A stretch of 64,000 bases of DNA from Negaprion brevirostris (GCA_030324005.1 JARDVH010000154.1:33513475-33577474); one strand, 5' to 3'. Counted from the stretch's first letter, positions 38,733 through 51,859 are shown. Notes: generated by a model not told the origin, from the letters alone. Program-made: numbers and translations.

Positions 38733-40787
38733 CTAGAATTACAGGACAGTGTTAGCTCCACATTGCATTTTAATTGTCCAGCTGAAGATATGTCACTTTG
38801 GTAGAATTATCCAGGACAAAACTGCTGAGTCTTTTGCCATCTTGGCTAAACTAGAGCAGATGGCATTTCAAAAATCAGTCAAATCAAGTTTCCAAGGAAT
38901 GTCATAACTAATTGGGAAGGTTAGCAGGTTTCTAGATAAAATGAAACTATCAATTTACTTGATGGTCTGTTACAGTCTCATCATTTCAGTGGCACTTGCA
39001 TCAATAGCTTCAACCATCAACTTCATGGATGGATGTAGACTTCAAGTTAATTAAAACATTTCCCCATTATGAATTCCCTAAATCAAACAAGGAGTGAATT
39101 TGCTTAATTCCAAAGCCTGGATAAAAACGTGAGACTCATCGACAAGAGTGCAATTTGTGTTTGTGACTCAGAACTACTTGGGACATAACTCCATGAGGTC
39201 AGTGATTGAATCACTACATATTATGAAACCAGCCATCTGCTTTTCTGTATAAAAAAAATAAATATGTTCCACGAATGGTTACTTCCACATACACTGATCA
39301 TGTGGTTCCTTGTCTGAACTCAGACAAAGTTCATATAAAATTGTCTGCAGTAAATTAACCTGTTACAACCTGAGTCAGAGTCACAGCGTATCTCTTATGC
39401 ATTGTCAACTACAGAAAAATTAATACAGCACTTAAAAATGTCATATAATTCACTCCCAACTCAACACCCTCATTGCTTCAGGGAATGCTGAGTAGCAATG
39501 GCGCTGGGAGGCAAGGTGGATTTCATTTGCTTGGCTTTGAGAAACAGTGCGGCATGATTGTGAGGCCAGTTGCCACATAGCATAACTAAAAATAAAACTG
39601 CTTTTTCCCGTAGAAAAAGAATCAAAATGAAGACCTTCAGTTCCAGAGCAAGATGATAACCCGGTTCTATTTTTGTTTCTCACCAAGGTGAAGGATGCCA
39701 GTTAGAGGTTGAAACTTTTATAATTTCACTGTATCAAATTAGAAAACTTTCAGAAAACAGATTACAATAAGGAGTGTAAATAATTCTCTTGTTTCATTAC
39801 TTTGGTTCTCACTTTGTTACAGAATGTGCAGATTCAAATATTGAGAAAATATCAATTTAAAGAATATATGTTAAATTAACCCAATAATTGTTGTGAAAGA
39901 TAATTCATTATAGTAACTGAACTATACTGCAGTTTTAATCCCCAATTTCCTTTCTGCTTGGTGGTGTTAATTCCCTGCTGGGAATCAGCTCCAGAGTCTA
40001 CTATTCTCGAGTAAAGTCTAACATTTACAGTATTTTCTAGCTACTCCATCAGGAGAATTTGGGGACAGTGGAGTTTGTCCCTGGATAAACTAAAGTGCAT
40101 GAATGCTGCCTAAATGCCCACTTTTGCCAAAGCTAACTGTAGCACTTTGGCCAAGGTCAACTGACTAAACAAAAAGTAAGAGGATTACATGGGACTTCCT
40201 TAGTCTGAAAGGTTCAACTGCAGTTAGTCAAGCACCAGGGAACTGAAGAGTGCTTCAGTTTGGGGTCATTTAGTTTTAGTGGCATCTCAATAAAGTTGCT
40301 GTTACAGAAAAGTGTCAAGCAGATTTCCAACATAAACTTGTATTTTTATAGTACCTTTTGAAATGCTTTCAAGCACATGCAGACCAAAATGAATTACTTT
40401 GAAGAAATGTACACAGAGAAGCATAGCACTCATTGTACTTGCAACAAGATCACCCCCAACAATACTAAAATCAATGACGAGTTAACTTACTTTTAGTGTT
40501 GGCTCAGGGATGAATGTTGCAATAACATAATATTTGAATAAGATAAGGGCAACTTTTTAATGATGTTTAATGACTTTTTACTGAACCTTTTAATTCTCAT
40601 TTGAGCCAACAGTGCAAATTTTAATGTTTCCTTCAACAATTCACTGAATATATGTTCTAATCTTGGACTGAGATTACAGTCCTTGATCTTATGCCTGAGA
40701 TGAAAGCAAGTCAAGCTGAAGATTCAGACCAACATCAACAAAATTCACAGTTCTGCATTCCCTGCTAAAATATTAATGATAACGTAC

Positions 40788-40823
40788 CTTAGATAGTTTT
40801 ATAATACTTGCTATGTGCTCTAT
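40788..40823 (-). CDS. PSMD11: PSMD11 coding exon (exon 11 eq.), IEHIASIIKLSK
   Basis: tacag|ATA...AAG|gtacg, 36 bp; fills the protein exactly between the neighbouring exons. Confidence 0.92.
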
Positions 40824-41304
40824 CTGTAAGATTAAGAAAAAAGCATTTTATTTTGCTATCTCCAGGTCATGACTAAAAAGGCAGGATTAAAAGAAATAGT
40901 TGCAAATCATGTGCCATAACGGCATGTAAGGATCTTCAAAACACAATCAACCATCAAAACAAGCTGTATCTTTCATTTTAATGTTCAAAAGTGTTCGCCA
41001 AAGAGATTACACACTTAATATTTCTAAAAGTGGATATAATAATATTCAAAACAACAATTTAAATATTTACAGTAGTGAGCCTTTATTAAACAACAGTAGG
41101 CAGTCTGAAAGTAATGGCAACCTTACATAGCAATATATTTGACTAGTTAGCAAAGCATATGGGTTTCATAAATAAAAGTATTGAGCACAAAAGCAGGATA
41201 GTAATGCTGATCCTTTATAAAGCTCTGGTTAGACCACAACTAACGTAATGTGTGCAGTTCCAGTCACCTCATTTTAGGAAGTGTGCAAATGTCCTTAAGA
41301 TTGA

Positions 41305-41600
41305 GGGGGAAATGGTGGCATAATGGATTAGTAAATCAGAGGCCCAAAGTAACACTCTGGGAACCTGGGTTCAAATCCCTCCACAGCAAACAGAATTAAA
41401 AACTCTAATGATGACCATGAAACCATTGTCAATTGTTTTAAATACCCACCTGGAAATCTGCTGTCCTTTATCTGGTCTGGCCAGGTTTGACTCCAGACCC
41501 ACAGCAATGTGGTTGACTCTGAAATGACCAAGCAAGTCATTCAGTTCAAGGGCAATTAGGGTTGGCCAATAAATGCTGACCAAGCCCACGAATTAAATAA
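41305..41600 (+). mobile_element. tRNA-derived SINE sharing its 3' tail with the second LINE family
   Basis: gggttcaaatccc B box; ..ctccagacccacagcaatgtggttgactct..gggcaattaggg..aataaatgctg. Another copy lies at 13357-13690. Confidence 0.72.
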
Positions 41601-42233
41601 AATTACTAGAACGGTTCCAACAATTAATTCACCTACAAGTTTAGGTTGAAAAAATTGGGGTTAGTCTCCTTAGAACAAAAGGAGGTCAAGAGGAGATCTG
41701 GTACAAGATTATAAAACAGGTTCAAATAAGGTGGACAAAGAAAAACTGATTCCAAAAACCAATGGTAACAAGGGGACACAGATTTAAAGTTTTGGGCAAG
41801 AGATACAGGAGGGATGACGTGACGAACAACTTTGCTTTTTTATTACATAGTGAGGGGCAAAGACCTGAAGCAGAGATGACCACTGTAGAAAGCCAGCACG
41901 GACTCAAAAGGACAGAGCAGCCTGGTTTTGTGCTGTTAACTGACACTGTTAAATTCCTTCACAGGATGTGGGCTTCACTGACAAGGTCAGCATTGGTTTC
42001 CCATTCCAAACTGCTCATGAGGTGGTGGTGAGTTGCCTTCTTGAACTGCTGCAATAGTTGTGATGTAGCTACAGCCGGAGTGCAGGACGGGACTTCCATA
42101 ATTTAGTTCCAATTACACAGTGTCAAAGGTAGGGTGACCAAACCCTAGTGAAAATATGAAAGGAACACTTTGGCACTAGACCAAATCTAAGATGGTTGGT
42201 CACTCACAGTAAAGGCATGGTAATATCATTCCA

Positions 42234-42520
42234 AGTAAGAAGTCTCACAACACCAAGTTAGAGTCCAACCAGTTTATCTGATAGTAATCTCACAAGCTTT
42301 CCGAAACGGAGTTCCTTCATCAGGTGTGATCAGAGAAGGGCATATAAAGTCACACACAGTTTACAGAATAATGATTAGAATGCAAGTCTTTACAGCTAAC
42401 CTGCTATTCAAGTCTTAAAATGGAGGCAATACACATCTCTTTAACCTATGCTAATGCTATCTCCACTCACACTGTCTGCATCTTTAAGACTTAATAGCAG
42501 CTAACCTGCTATTCAAGTCT
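42234..42520 (-). mobile_element. Penelope-type element, copy 5, at the ERV 5' end
   Basis: agtaagaagtctcacaacacca..agctttc..ccttcatcaggtg, with internal sequence shared with copy 1. Confidence 0.72.
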
Positions 42521-42529
42521 TGGACCCAT

Positions 42530-45500
42530 TGGCGCTGAGGGGCAAGAAACCCTCTAAAAGTTCTTCTCCGTTATACGGCTCTATGTCGGCTGCTTGTGAG
42601 ATTCCATATTCTCTGAACACCTCAGAGATTTCAGCTCAGGACCACATACTCATTGCGCTCTCTCCACTAAAGCCTAGCCCATGGTCATTATTGATCCCAA
42701 TCAGCTAGAGACCCCTAAACTTTAAAGATGGCAGGAAGGAATAGTAAAAGTCTCTTATCTATCAAAGAAAAGGGCAGCATGGCCCCTCCAGAGGCAAGGG
42801 CAAAAAATGATGCACTAACTGAATGAGCTTGTAGGATAGCATTCAGTAAAACTGAACCGAAGTATGGAACTGCCAAGGGACAGTGGCCCTTGGATGATAC
42901 TGAGTGTGGGAGAAAGCCAAGAGATTGCCCAGCTAGGGCCATGTTCGCTGGTCCCTCACGGCGATGAGTCAACTTAGACAGCAAAACAAAACTATTGGTC
43001 ATGCAGAGTCAAGGAACTCCAGGATCAATTAGGTGCAGTATGTACCTTGGAGGAAAAACAGAACTGTCAGAAACCAGCAGGCAAGATGATGATCCTGAAG
43101 CACAGTAAACCTCTATCAATACCTATTCCCAGAACGTACCCTGTTCTAGAAGAAATAGGAACAGGTACAGGCAAAACAGCTAAGGGAAGTCTATGAAGGA
43201 GATGAGTCTTCTCCCTCGGAGTTCTCAGAATGAAGGAGAGGAAGAAACACCTAAGAATATTCTTCCTTTGAAATATGGGAGGGTAAAGATTGAATTTCAA
43301 AGATTAGATGCAGATAGGGTCACTTGTACCAAGAATAGATGCACGTAGCCAAAGACCCAGAAAAGACTGATAAATGGGCTAAGGAAATACCACATCGTAA
43401 GAACAATGGAGCAAAAATGTGGGATGCTTTGAAACGCTTGAAAGGAATTTATGGACTTCATATGTTGGAGGTATGCGGATATTACCCTTTATGGTTCCAA
43501 ATGGAAAAAAAAGTGGGACGTTACTGATTGCTGCACAGGAGGGATTGGGTCAAGCCAGACAGAACCTCAGGGGGGATGGAATCAGATTAGATTGTGGTGT
43601 ACAGCATATATGCCACGCAAGACAGACTGGAGTAAAATAGTGTCATGTCAGCAGGGAGTGAAGAAATCAATGATTGTGAAGAAAGGTTTAGGACAATGTG
43701 GATCAAACACTCAGGCAATTGGGAAGTAATTGTGGGGAATATAGATGGAAGTGTGTTGATGCTGTTAAAAATCAGCGTTTGTAGCTGGCCTGAAATCGGA
43801 ATTATCCAAAATGCTGAGGGTTAACAAACCCAACTGGGAAGAGGAAGGCATTACCGAAGCTCAGCTAGTTACGTACCTTAATCAGCTAGAACAGGATATA
43901 ACCATGTTAGAGCTGCACAAGTAACAGTGCATTCAACCAATGACAGGTGCCTAGATTGAGGTCATGATTGTGGAGACAAAGGTCATTGGGCAAAGACATG
44001 TTGATCATACAGGCGAGGCAAGGGAAGGCACAATGGGAATTCTGAGAATGCTAAAGACAAACCGAACAAGTTAATAGAGCAGTTTAAACAGCTCACTGCC
44101 CAACACCAGGAGGCAGCCCTGCAAGTGGCAAGAAACGGAGTGGCCCTTACCCGCTTCTTGCAACAATGAGCTGAACCGACAGCTTTTATGTGAATGCTAG
44201 GGTAGGTGAAGACACCAAAGCAGAATTGACATATATACCCAGGAATCAGTTACCACAGGTTCTCCTGTTTGGGCTAAGTGGGCAACTGGGAAACAGATGT
44301 ACATGTGTGAGACAGTTCCTCTGATATTACAGCTGGGACCACACAGAATCGAGACACCTGTAAGGTACGACCAATCACAGGCGCTCACCCAGATGGATTT
44401 GGTTTTGTTTTTCTCTAAGGGAAAGTCATCTGGAATATCAGGCTCTTGGAGACAAACTGAAGGAATGCCTGGTTTGGGCTAAGGACAAGAATGATTGTGG
44501 ACTGTTACAAACGGACCCAGTAACCTTTACTGGGATGCTTCCACCCTGTACTGGGCAGTATTCCATTAGCCAGACATCTATAGATGGAATCCTGCCCAGC
44601 ATGAATCAGTTACTGGAGAGAGAAATATTGACTAAAACTCAAGTGTATCAACAATCCGATATGGCAGTGAAAGCGACGAACAGAGTGGAGATTGGCAATA
44701 GATTACAGGAATGCTAACCAACAAGTGGATAAACTAACCCCTTTGATAGCCAATCCTTTAACGATCCTTAACACCCTTTCACCGTAGAACAAGTGGATTT
44801 CAGAAATGAACATGGCAGATGGCTTTTGGTCTGTTCCCTTAGCACCTGAGATTCAACTTTGGTTTGCTTTTGCAATAGACCAATGACAGTACATATGGAC
44901 TAGACTCAGGGATTCCACNNNNNNNNNNNNNNNNNNNNNNNNNNNNNNNNNNNNNNNNNNNNNNNNNNNNNNNNNNNNNNNNNNNNNNNNNNNNNNNNNN
45001 NNNNNNNNNNNNNNNNNNATTCCACAATGGCCCTACAGTTTTATCATATAGCATTACGAAACCACCTTCTAGAGATACTGCAGGCTAATTCGGTTATCAT
45101 CCATTATGTAGATACTATTACTAAAGATGTAGATTCCATTTCCAACAGGTTGCTGCTGCTTGGGAGATGCCACACGAAGGCTGACAAAATCATTCCAGGT
45201 GGTGAGTGGGTATACATCACAAAACCTCAATGGGAATTGCTTAATGCCAATTGGAAAGGTCCCCACCACATTCTGCTTGTCACACATTCCACAGCGAAAG
45301 TCAAAGGCAAAAAAACTTGGATCCACATGTCACACACCAAAACAGCTCCAGAGAAAAACTAAGTCTAGATACTGTTAATTGGTTGCCAAAACGACGAAGC
45401 CAGTGTGTTTGTTGAGACCATGTTTATTATACCCATTTTCATGTTAATTTAAATGTTCGAGTGCAGTGAATCCACCATCCAAGGTTGTCCAGCGTTCCCC

Positions 45501-47168
45501 TAGGGAATTACAGATTACTTATCTTTACATGCCCTATATCCATGTTTAACCTCAATGTTGGATCTGTTCACACATTCCCTTCAATGGGCAAGGTGGGGTG
45601 CCAATAAGAGGCTTCCCACTCAATCCTCTGAACACATCTTGGTGATGTTTCAATAATGGAACCCATTCCCCCTCACCCTTGAACGACACTACCAATTGCT
45701 CATCCTCAGATATATTGGTACACAGGTTGGTATCAACCTTCCTTTAATATATCCTGCAAACCACCCTTGCGTGAACTTTATAAAGGTTTACCAAGAGCTC
45801 CTTGATGCTTCCAGTGTCAAGGCAATAATGTCATCACGCTGGGAAACTTTACTGCCTGTGGTGCTATCATAGTTTGAGCCCCTAATGACACACAATCTCA
45901 TTACCGAACCCTCTCAATGGAACCAACTGGATCTGTGATAACCATGCATATCCACAGTTACCGGCACGGTGATATGGATCATGCTACCTTGGCTATGTTA
46001 TCCCTCATTTTTTTGCCGCTCTCCCTTCTCCTGCAAGGAGAAAGAGGACCATCATGGAAACTCAGCACTTCTCTATCCTGCTTCTATGGAACGGTACAGC
46101 CAACTTGTGCAGGCAAAGTATCAATATGGCCTGTGTTTTGGGAAAGGTTCCCAATGACACCTTTTTGGCGCTAAGATTAATGATAAGATGGCAACTATCC
46201 ACTTGCTAGCCCTCCAAGAACTGTATGGTGCTAACCTTTGTCATAGCATCTAGGGCATGTGCTTTAATTGACACTAATTGTTGTACCTATGTCCCTGATA
46301 ACTCAAACTATCACTAACATGGCCGATCATATCAAAAAAGAAACTCTCAACCTCTATCACCCACCTTATGGAGCTGTGTTCAGGCTGGTTGCATTCCCTA
46401 GGAACATCCTTAGTGCAAGGAATTTTTTTTTAAATGGTATTTTATCTGTTTTATATCTTGTCTTTCTGGTTATTAAGTGCTGTCATAAGCAAATGATTGG
46501 TAATGTTTCAGAAACCACTAAGCTTCTCCCTGTTACATTGGTTCCCCTCATATTGACCCGTATCAGTGCTTATATCTAATCCAGCCCAGTGTGGGTGCCA
46601 GCTAAATTGGACCTTTCCTTCTGTTGAAGGCTACTCCACAAGTCCTGGGGCCACCGATAGATGGAAACAATTTTGTAATATATGCTCTTGCTTGCTTAGT
46701 TCTTCTTCCATTAAGTGTCAGGAAGAATCAAGGGAGGGGTGGGGAACGTGAGGGAGATGACTGTGGGAAGCCACTCTTATTTTACTTTTATATAACATTT
46801 TCTACGGCATATTATTAACAATTTCACATGGGATAAACCCTGCTGAAAGTTTATCATGTTACAATGTTAAATGTGCTGCTCTGCTCGTCACAGACTCAGA
46901 GATTTGGTTAACCTTGGCAGAAGACCACTAACTCATGCACAATGCATGATCAGAAGTCCAGACTAATCAGTGCTGACCATTTTGTGTTGTGTTTAGTTAA
47001 CCAATGAATGTAAATGGGCATTCTCTGGAGTAAATGAATAATAGTACTGTGCAAGAACAACAAAAAGGAGTGAGCAAGTGATACTGAAAAGCTGGTGCAC
47101 ATCTTGAATGAACTCCCAATAAATCTGTCCAAGACCTACGACGTGGCAGTGAATTCTTGAATTTAACA
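42530..47168 (+). mobile_element. Decayed endogenous retrovirus (PBS-gag-pro-pol(deleted)-env-PPT-3'LTR), antisense in a PSMD11 intron
   Basis: PBS-like TGGCGCTG.. at 42530. Gag SAFVAGLKSELSKML..W (~43772) and zinc-knuckle remnant (G)HDCGDKGHWAKTC (43960-44001). Protease DT(K)A (44211). RT WRLAIDYR (44686), MADGFWSVPL (44812), QGFHN, HYVD (~45102). IN C-terminus WKGPHHILLVT..VKGKKTWIH (45252). Env CWIC (45556), RRKR (46036), CX6CC (46258). Purine tract then TG at 46762; AATAAA at 47118; CA at 47168. Confidence 0.9.
45420..46570 (+). pseudogene. ERV env remnant (gamma-type SU/TM), frameshifted
   Basis: CWICSHIP, furin site RRKR, ISD-like LLALQ/NCMVL, CALIDTNCCTYVPDNS, and a hydrophobic anchor-like ILSVLYLVFLVIKCC stretch. 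Confidence 0.85.
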
Positions 47169-49310
47169 TTTCCAAGGAAGTCTTTGTGAGATGTTGCAGC
47201 GCATCTTATAGATAGTACATACTGCTGCCATTGGGCTTTGGTGGAGGAAAGAAATTAATATTGAAGATGGGGTCTCAGTCAAGTGGGTTGTGTCTTGGAT
47301 GGTGTTGAACTTCTGAGTGTTGTTGGAGCGGCCATCATCCAGTATTCCATCACATTGACTTGTGTCTTGTAGATAGTGAACAGGCTGTGTCTGGACGGGA
47401 GTTAATTGTCACAGCATTCTGTTGGCCAGGTCAGGTTGCATACAGACACACAGCTTTGGCATCCATGGAGTCACAAACAGAACATTTTGAATATCCCACT
47501 TCTGACCTTATGACAAAGGGAAGGTCATTGATGATGGTTGGGCCAGGGCACTACCCTGAGGAACTCCTGTAGAAATGTCCTGGGATCGAGATGATTGACC
47601 TCCAACAACCACAACCAGGCATGACTCCAACCAGAGAGTTTTCCCAATTCCGTTGACCTCAGTTTTGCTTTGCTGCCACACTCAAATAGTGCCTTAAACT
47701 CAAAAACAGTCACTCTTTGTCTTAAGCTCAACTCTTTTGTCCAGTGACACCGGCAGAACCCAAACTGGGCATTGGTAAGTAGGTTATTGTTGTTTAAGTG
47801 CTGCTTCCTAGCAATGTCAAAATTTACCTTCCATCACTTAGCTGATGATCAAGTCTAGACTGATGGGACAGTATTTGGCTGGGTCAAATTTGTCCTGTTT
47901 CCAATGGACAGGGCATAACTGGGCAACTGTCAGATAGATGCCAATGTTATAGCTGTATCCTAACAGCTTAGCTGTTCTGGAGTACTACAGCTAGAATCAT
48001 GTCAGGGCCCATAACCCTGCAATTTGCAGCTGTTCTTGATGCCTCGTGGAATGATTCGAATTGGCCGAAGACATGCGTCTATGATGCTGGGAATGTCGGG
48101 AGGCAGAGATGGATCATCCACTTGGCACTTCTGGCTGACAACTGTTGCAAATACTTCAGCCTTGTCTGTTTTACTAAATCCTGCACTCATTCGTCATGAG
48201 GATGTCTAGTTTTCAGTTGCTAGATCTGCTACTAAATCTGTCCCATTTTGCACAATGCTAGTACTGCACAACATAATGGATCGTAACCTCAAAGGCTGTG
48301 CAGTGGTGACTCCTGCCTGCAACAGGTAGATTAGTGAGAACAAAAACAAAATGAAAATTGATTTTTCCCACTTGTCAGTTCCCTCATCACTTGTTGTAGA
48401 CTCAATCTAGCAGTTATGTCATATGAACATAGAAATTAGAAGTATGAGCCACTCAATTCCTCAAGCCTGCTCCACAATTCAACAGGATCATGGCTGATCT
48501 AGTTGCTACTTCAACCCCACAATCCCCGAGAACTTTTATGTAAAGATAGAACTCAGCCAGCTCTGTCAGTAGTGCCATACGTGGTGCCTCTCCCTATGTC
48601 CCATCAACTGAGGAAGAAGTAGGATGGAGAGTTGGGGGCACTCCAAGTGCTGATTAGCAAGAGGTTTCCTTGACTTAACAGATTGTGAGTTCATTGGGTC
48701 CAATGACAATATCAAGGACTTATAGGGCAACTCCCCCCTGAAAGCATACTGCAGTGCCACCAGCTCTGGTAGGTCTGTCATGTCAGTGAAACATGACTAA
48801 ACTATTACTTCTTGTTGGAAGTGGTCACTGCTTGGCACTTGTGTGGTGTGAATGTAATTTGCTGCTGTCAGTCCAAGCCTGAATATCATCCAGATCTTGT
48901 TGCGTTTGGGCAGGTACTACTTTTGCGTCTACACAGTCACAGATGATTCTGAACATTGCACAATCGTCAGTGGGCATCTCTACTTCTGACTTTATGATGG
49001 AAGGAAAGTCATTGATGAAACAACTGAACATGGTTGGGCCTATCACACTACTGTGAGGAACTCCTGCAGTGATGTCCTGGAACTGAGATGATTGACTGCC
49101 ACCCTTCACAACCATCTTCCTGTGTGTTAGGCATGAATCAACCAGCCAGTTTTACTAGGGCTCCTTGACCGATTGATCAAATGCTGGTTAAATGTCTGTC
49201 TCACCTCACCTCTGGCATTCAGCTTTTGCCCATGTTGGAACCAAGACTGCAATGAGGTCAGGAATTGGGTGAACCTGGCAGGGCCCAAACTGAGTTTCAG
49301 TGAGCATTAG
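47169..49310 (-). mobile_element. LINE RT fragments (same family as 9620-10270), rearranged
   Basis: AGVP(Q/H)SSVIGPTMFSCFINDFPS..DDC..QQDLDDIQAW RT motifs, present twice (~47500-47600 and 48900-49100). Confidence 0.8.
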
Positions 49311-49544
49311 TTGGAATTGGTGTACATTTATATTTATGCAAAAACTTTACTGAATTTACCAAAAGGTAAAAATTGAAAACAACAGCTCCATGACCCAAAG
49401 TTATATCGTAAGATGTGGTTAAATATTACTTAGGGAGCTAGCTGCAGGTGTTGTTAGCTGATGAATGCTTAATAGTACAGTAGAAAACAAAAGGCAACAT
49501 TTTCATCTAATGAGCATGCAACTACTATAACAAAAATGAGTTAT

Positions 49545-50175
49545 GAAACTAGAAAATGCTAAAAAACTCAGATCTGGTTACATCTGTGGAGACAGAAGAA
49601 TTAATGTCGAGTCCGCATGACTCTTCAGACTTGAAGAGGGATGGAAACGTAGGTCATTAATGCTGTTGAAAAGTGAGGGTGGAAAAAAATAGGTCGGGAG
49701 TAGGTTGGAGATCAGGAGAGATTAAATGACAAAAAGCTGTCATGAACAGGTAACAATAGTACTAAAGATGGTGTTAATAGCAACAAAGATTAGACTGGTC
49801 TGAAAGCAAGAGCAAAATGTGTTAATGAAAGAACAAGGGTCAGCAGTTTCTGAATGGAAAACATGAAAACAAGATACAGACTGGCACGTAGGGGAGGTGG
49901 GAAAGGAAAAAAAAATCAAAACGGAAGACAGCGTTCACCCTCGGCGGTTGTTGAACTCATTGTAAAATGCCTAATCGGAAGACAAGGTGTTGTTCCTCCA
50001 GTTTGCATTTGGCTTCACTGGAACATTGCAGCAGGCCAAGGGTAGAAAGGCAAGGATGAGAGCATGAAGGTGAACTGAAATGGCACAGGACAGGAAGCTC
50101 AAGATCATGCTTGTGGACAGAGTGAAGGTGTTCTGCAAAGCGGTCACCCAGTTTGCATTTAATCTCCCCAATGAC
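49545..50175 (-). mobile_element. Penelope-like element remnant (GIY-YIG C-terminal part and pLTR)
   Basis: IGEIKCKLGDRFAEHLHSVHKHDLELP on the minus strand; same terminal family as 36560-36690. Confidence 0.78.
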
Positions 50176-50461
50176 AAAAATTAGCTAACTAGTAAAATAC
50201 ACAGACACAAAAGGGAACCTAAAGGGATGCTATCTTCTGATACATATGGGTGCTACAAACCATTCTAGCAAAGTGATCTTAATTTCAGAAGCAATCCACC
50301 ATAAATTAACTATCAATACTTGACAAATATTGAGACAGCCAATATTTCTGTAATAATGTCATGAAAGTTAAGAGATTGAAATTAATTTCAAGATGGATCC
50401 CAGACTTATTGTATAAAAGTAAAATGGAGACTTTGTTTCATTCATAAATACTTGCAATTAC

Positions 50462-50587
50462 CTGAACTCTGGAGAAAGGCTCAATCACTCGGATAAGATT
50501 CTGCTCCAATAAGTTGTCATACAGCTTTGCCAGATGTGTGGTGATAATCGGATCATCCCGTAGTTCTGCTTGGAAATCTGTTAAAGC
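50462..50587 (-). CDS. PSMD11: PSMD11 coding exon (exon 10 eq.), [42 protein letters not shown]
   Basis: ttcag|GCT...CAG|gtaat, 126 bp; PCI-domain region. Confidence 0.97.
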
Positions 50588-50914
50588 CTGAACACAAGGA
50601 CAGAACTGTAATTCACAGGATAACCCAAACTTAACCAAATTGAAGTAATGCTCATGTAGTTGATGAGTTTGTTTTACAGGACTAAATTTAACAAGATAAA
50701 CCTGGTCATGGGTAACTGGCACAGTGACAAAAATCCCCAGGTCAACTATTCTAAAATAACAGGCATTTGCATTTAACCTGTGGCTGTTTGCCACCAGTCT
50801 TAGCTAAAGATGATTTTTTGCACCAGTGGCAGTTAATAAAGGAACTGTTCCAATTGAAGATGCCCAGCTAAATGCCTCTCTTTCATATTGTTACCCTGAA
50901 CAAGGAAATCTGCT

Positions 50915-51320
50915 ATGGTTCAATTGGCACCAATCTTGACCAAGTTAGAAAGTTGTGGTTCAACTCCCATTCCAGGAGCACAAAAACCTAGACTGATTCT
51001 AGTGTCATATTGAAAAGCACTGCACTGTCAGACTTTATCTTTTGATAGAGCTATTAAACTGAGGCCCTGTCAACGCTCACCAATGAGCAAAGATTCCACA
51101 GCCCTAGTTCAATAAAAAAAGAGGGGGTTATTCCTGGTGTTCTGGCCAATCAACACCAAAAATAAATGATAACATTGCTATTTCTGGGAACTTGTTGGGA
51201 GCAAACTGGCTGCTTTGTTTTCTACATTACACAGTTGCCTACACATTGCAAAAGTCCTTAATTGGCTGCAAAATGCTTTGTGATGCTCTGTGGTTGTGAA
51301 AGATGCCATTTAAATTCTTT
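50915..51320 (+). mobile_element. Deu-domain SINE (SacSINE1/AmnSINE1-like), decayed
   Basis: tRNA-like head, ..taaactgaggccctgtc..agattcc..ttcctggtgttctggccaat.. core and ..ctacattacac..attggctgcaaaatgctttg tail. Partial relatives at 10310-10520 and 11630-11795. Confidence 0.7.
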
Positions 51321-51859
51321 AATAGAAAATTCACTAAGTCTGAGTGAATTCCCAGCCAGTTTGAATTTAGATTTTTGGTTTCAAAAGGACATGTTAATCC
51401 CACCATTAAGTCACATAATATCAATATTAATCCTTTAATCACTGGAGCAACCAACAGTTCATAAACACACCACTGAACCCTTAGTTTTATTCTGATCTAA
51501 ACATGTTACTTTGAATTGTTTGCAAGTGTCTTGACAAAATGTGAAAATTGTTCAAAGATGCATATTCTGATATAAATCTCATTTAAATACATTACTTTGC
51601 TTCAAGCTGGGTGTGACATTAATGAATACCAAGGGAAATACCATAAGATAAATAACTTTTAAGAGCAACTGCAACTCAGTGATGTAATAAACTTTTGCTA
51701 ACATCTAGGTGAACAAACTTGAGGGGCGTAAACTGCTACAAGTTTAGAAACAAGTATTATCACCAGCTATTCTCAGTACATGGTGATATTTTTGAGGACA
51801 AACAACTCCCAGTGGAACACTTCCTGTGTTGTGAAATAGTCGGCCAAAATCCCATTCCT

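Noticed and set aside
44211-44222. APOBEC-type G-to-A hypermutation of the ERV (DTGA to DTKA)
   Set aside because: Only one or two suggestive sites and no consensus for comparison; ordinary decay is sufficient.
45420-46570. Domesticated syncytin-like env gene
   Set aside because: Multiple frameshifts and stops; no continuous env ORF.
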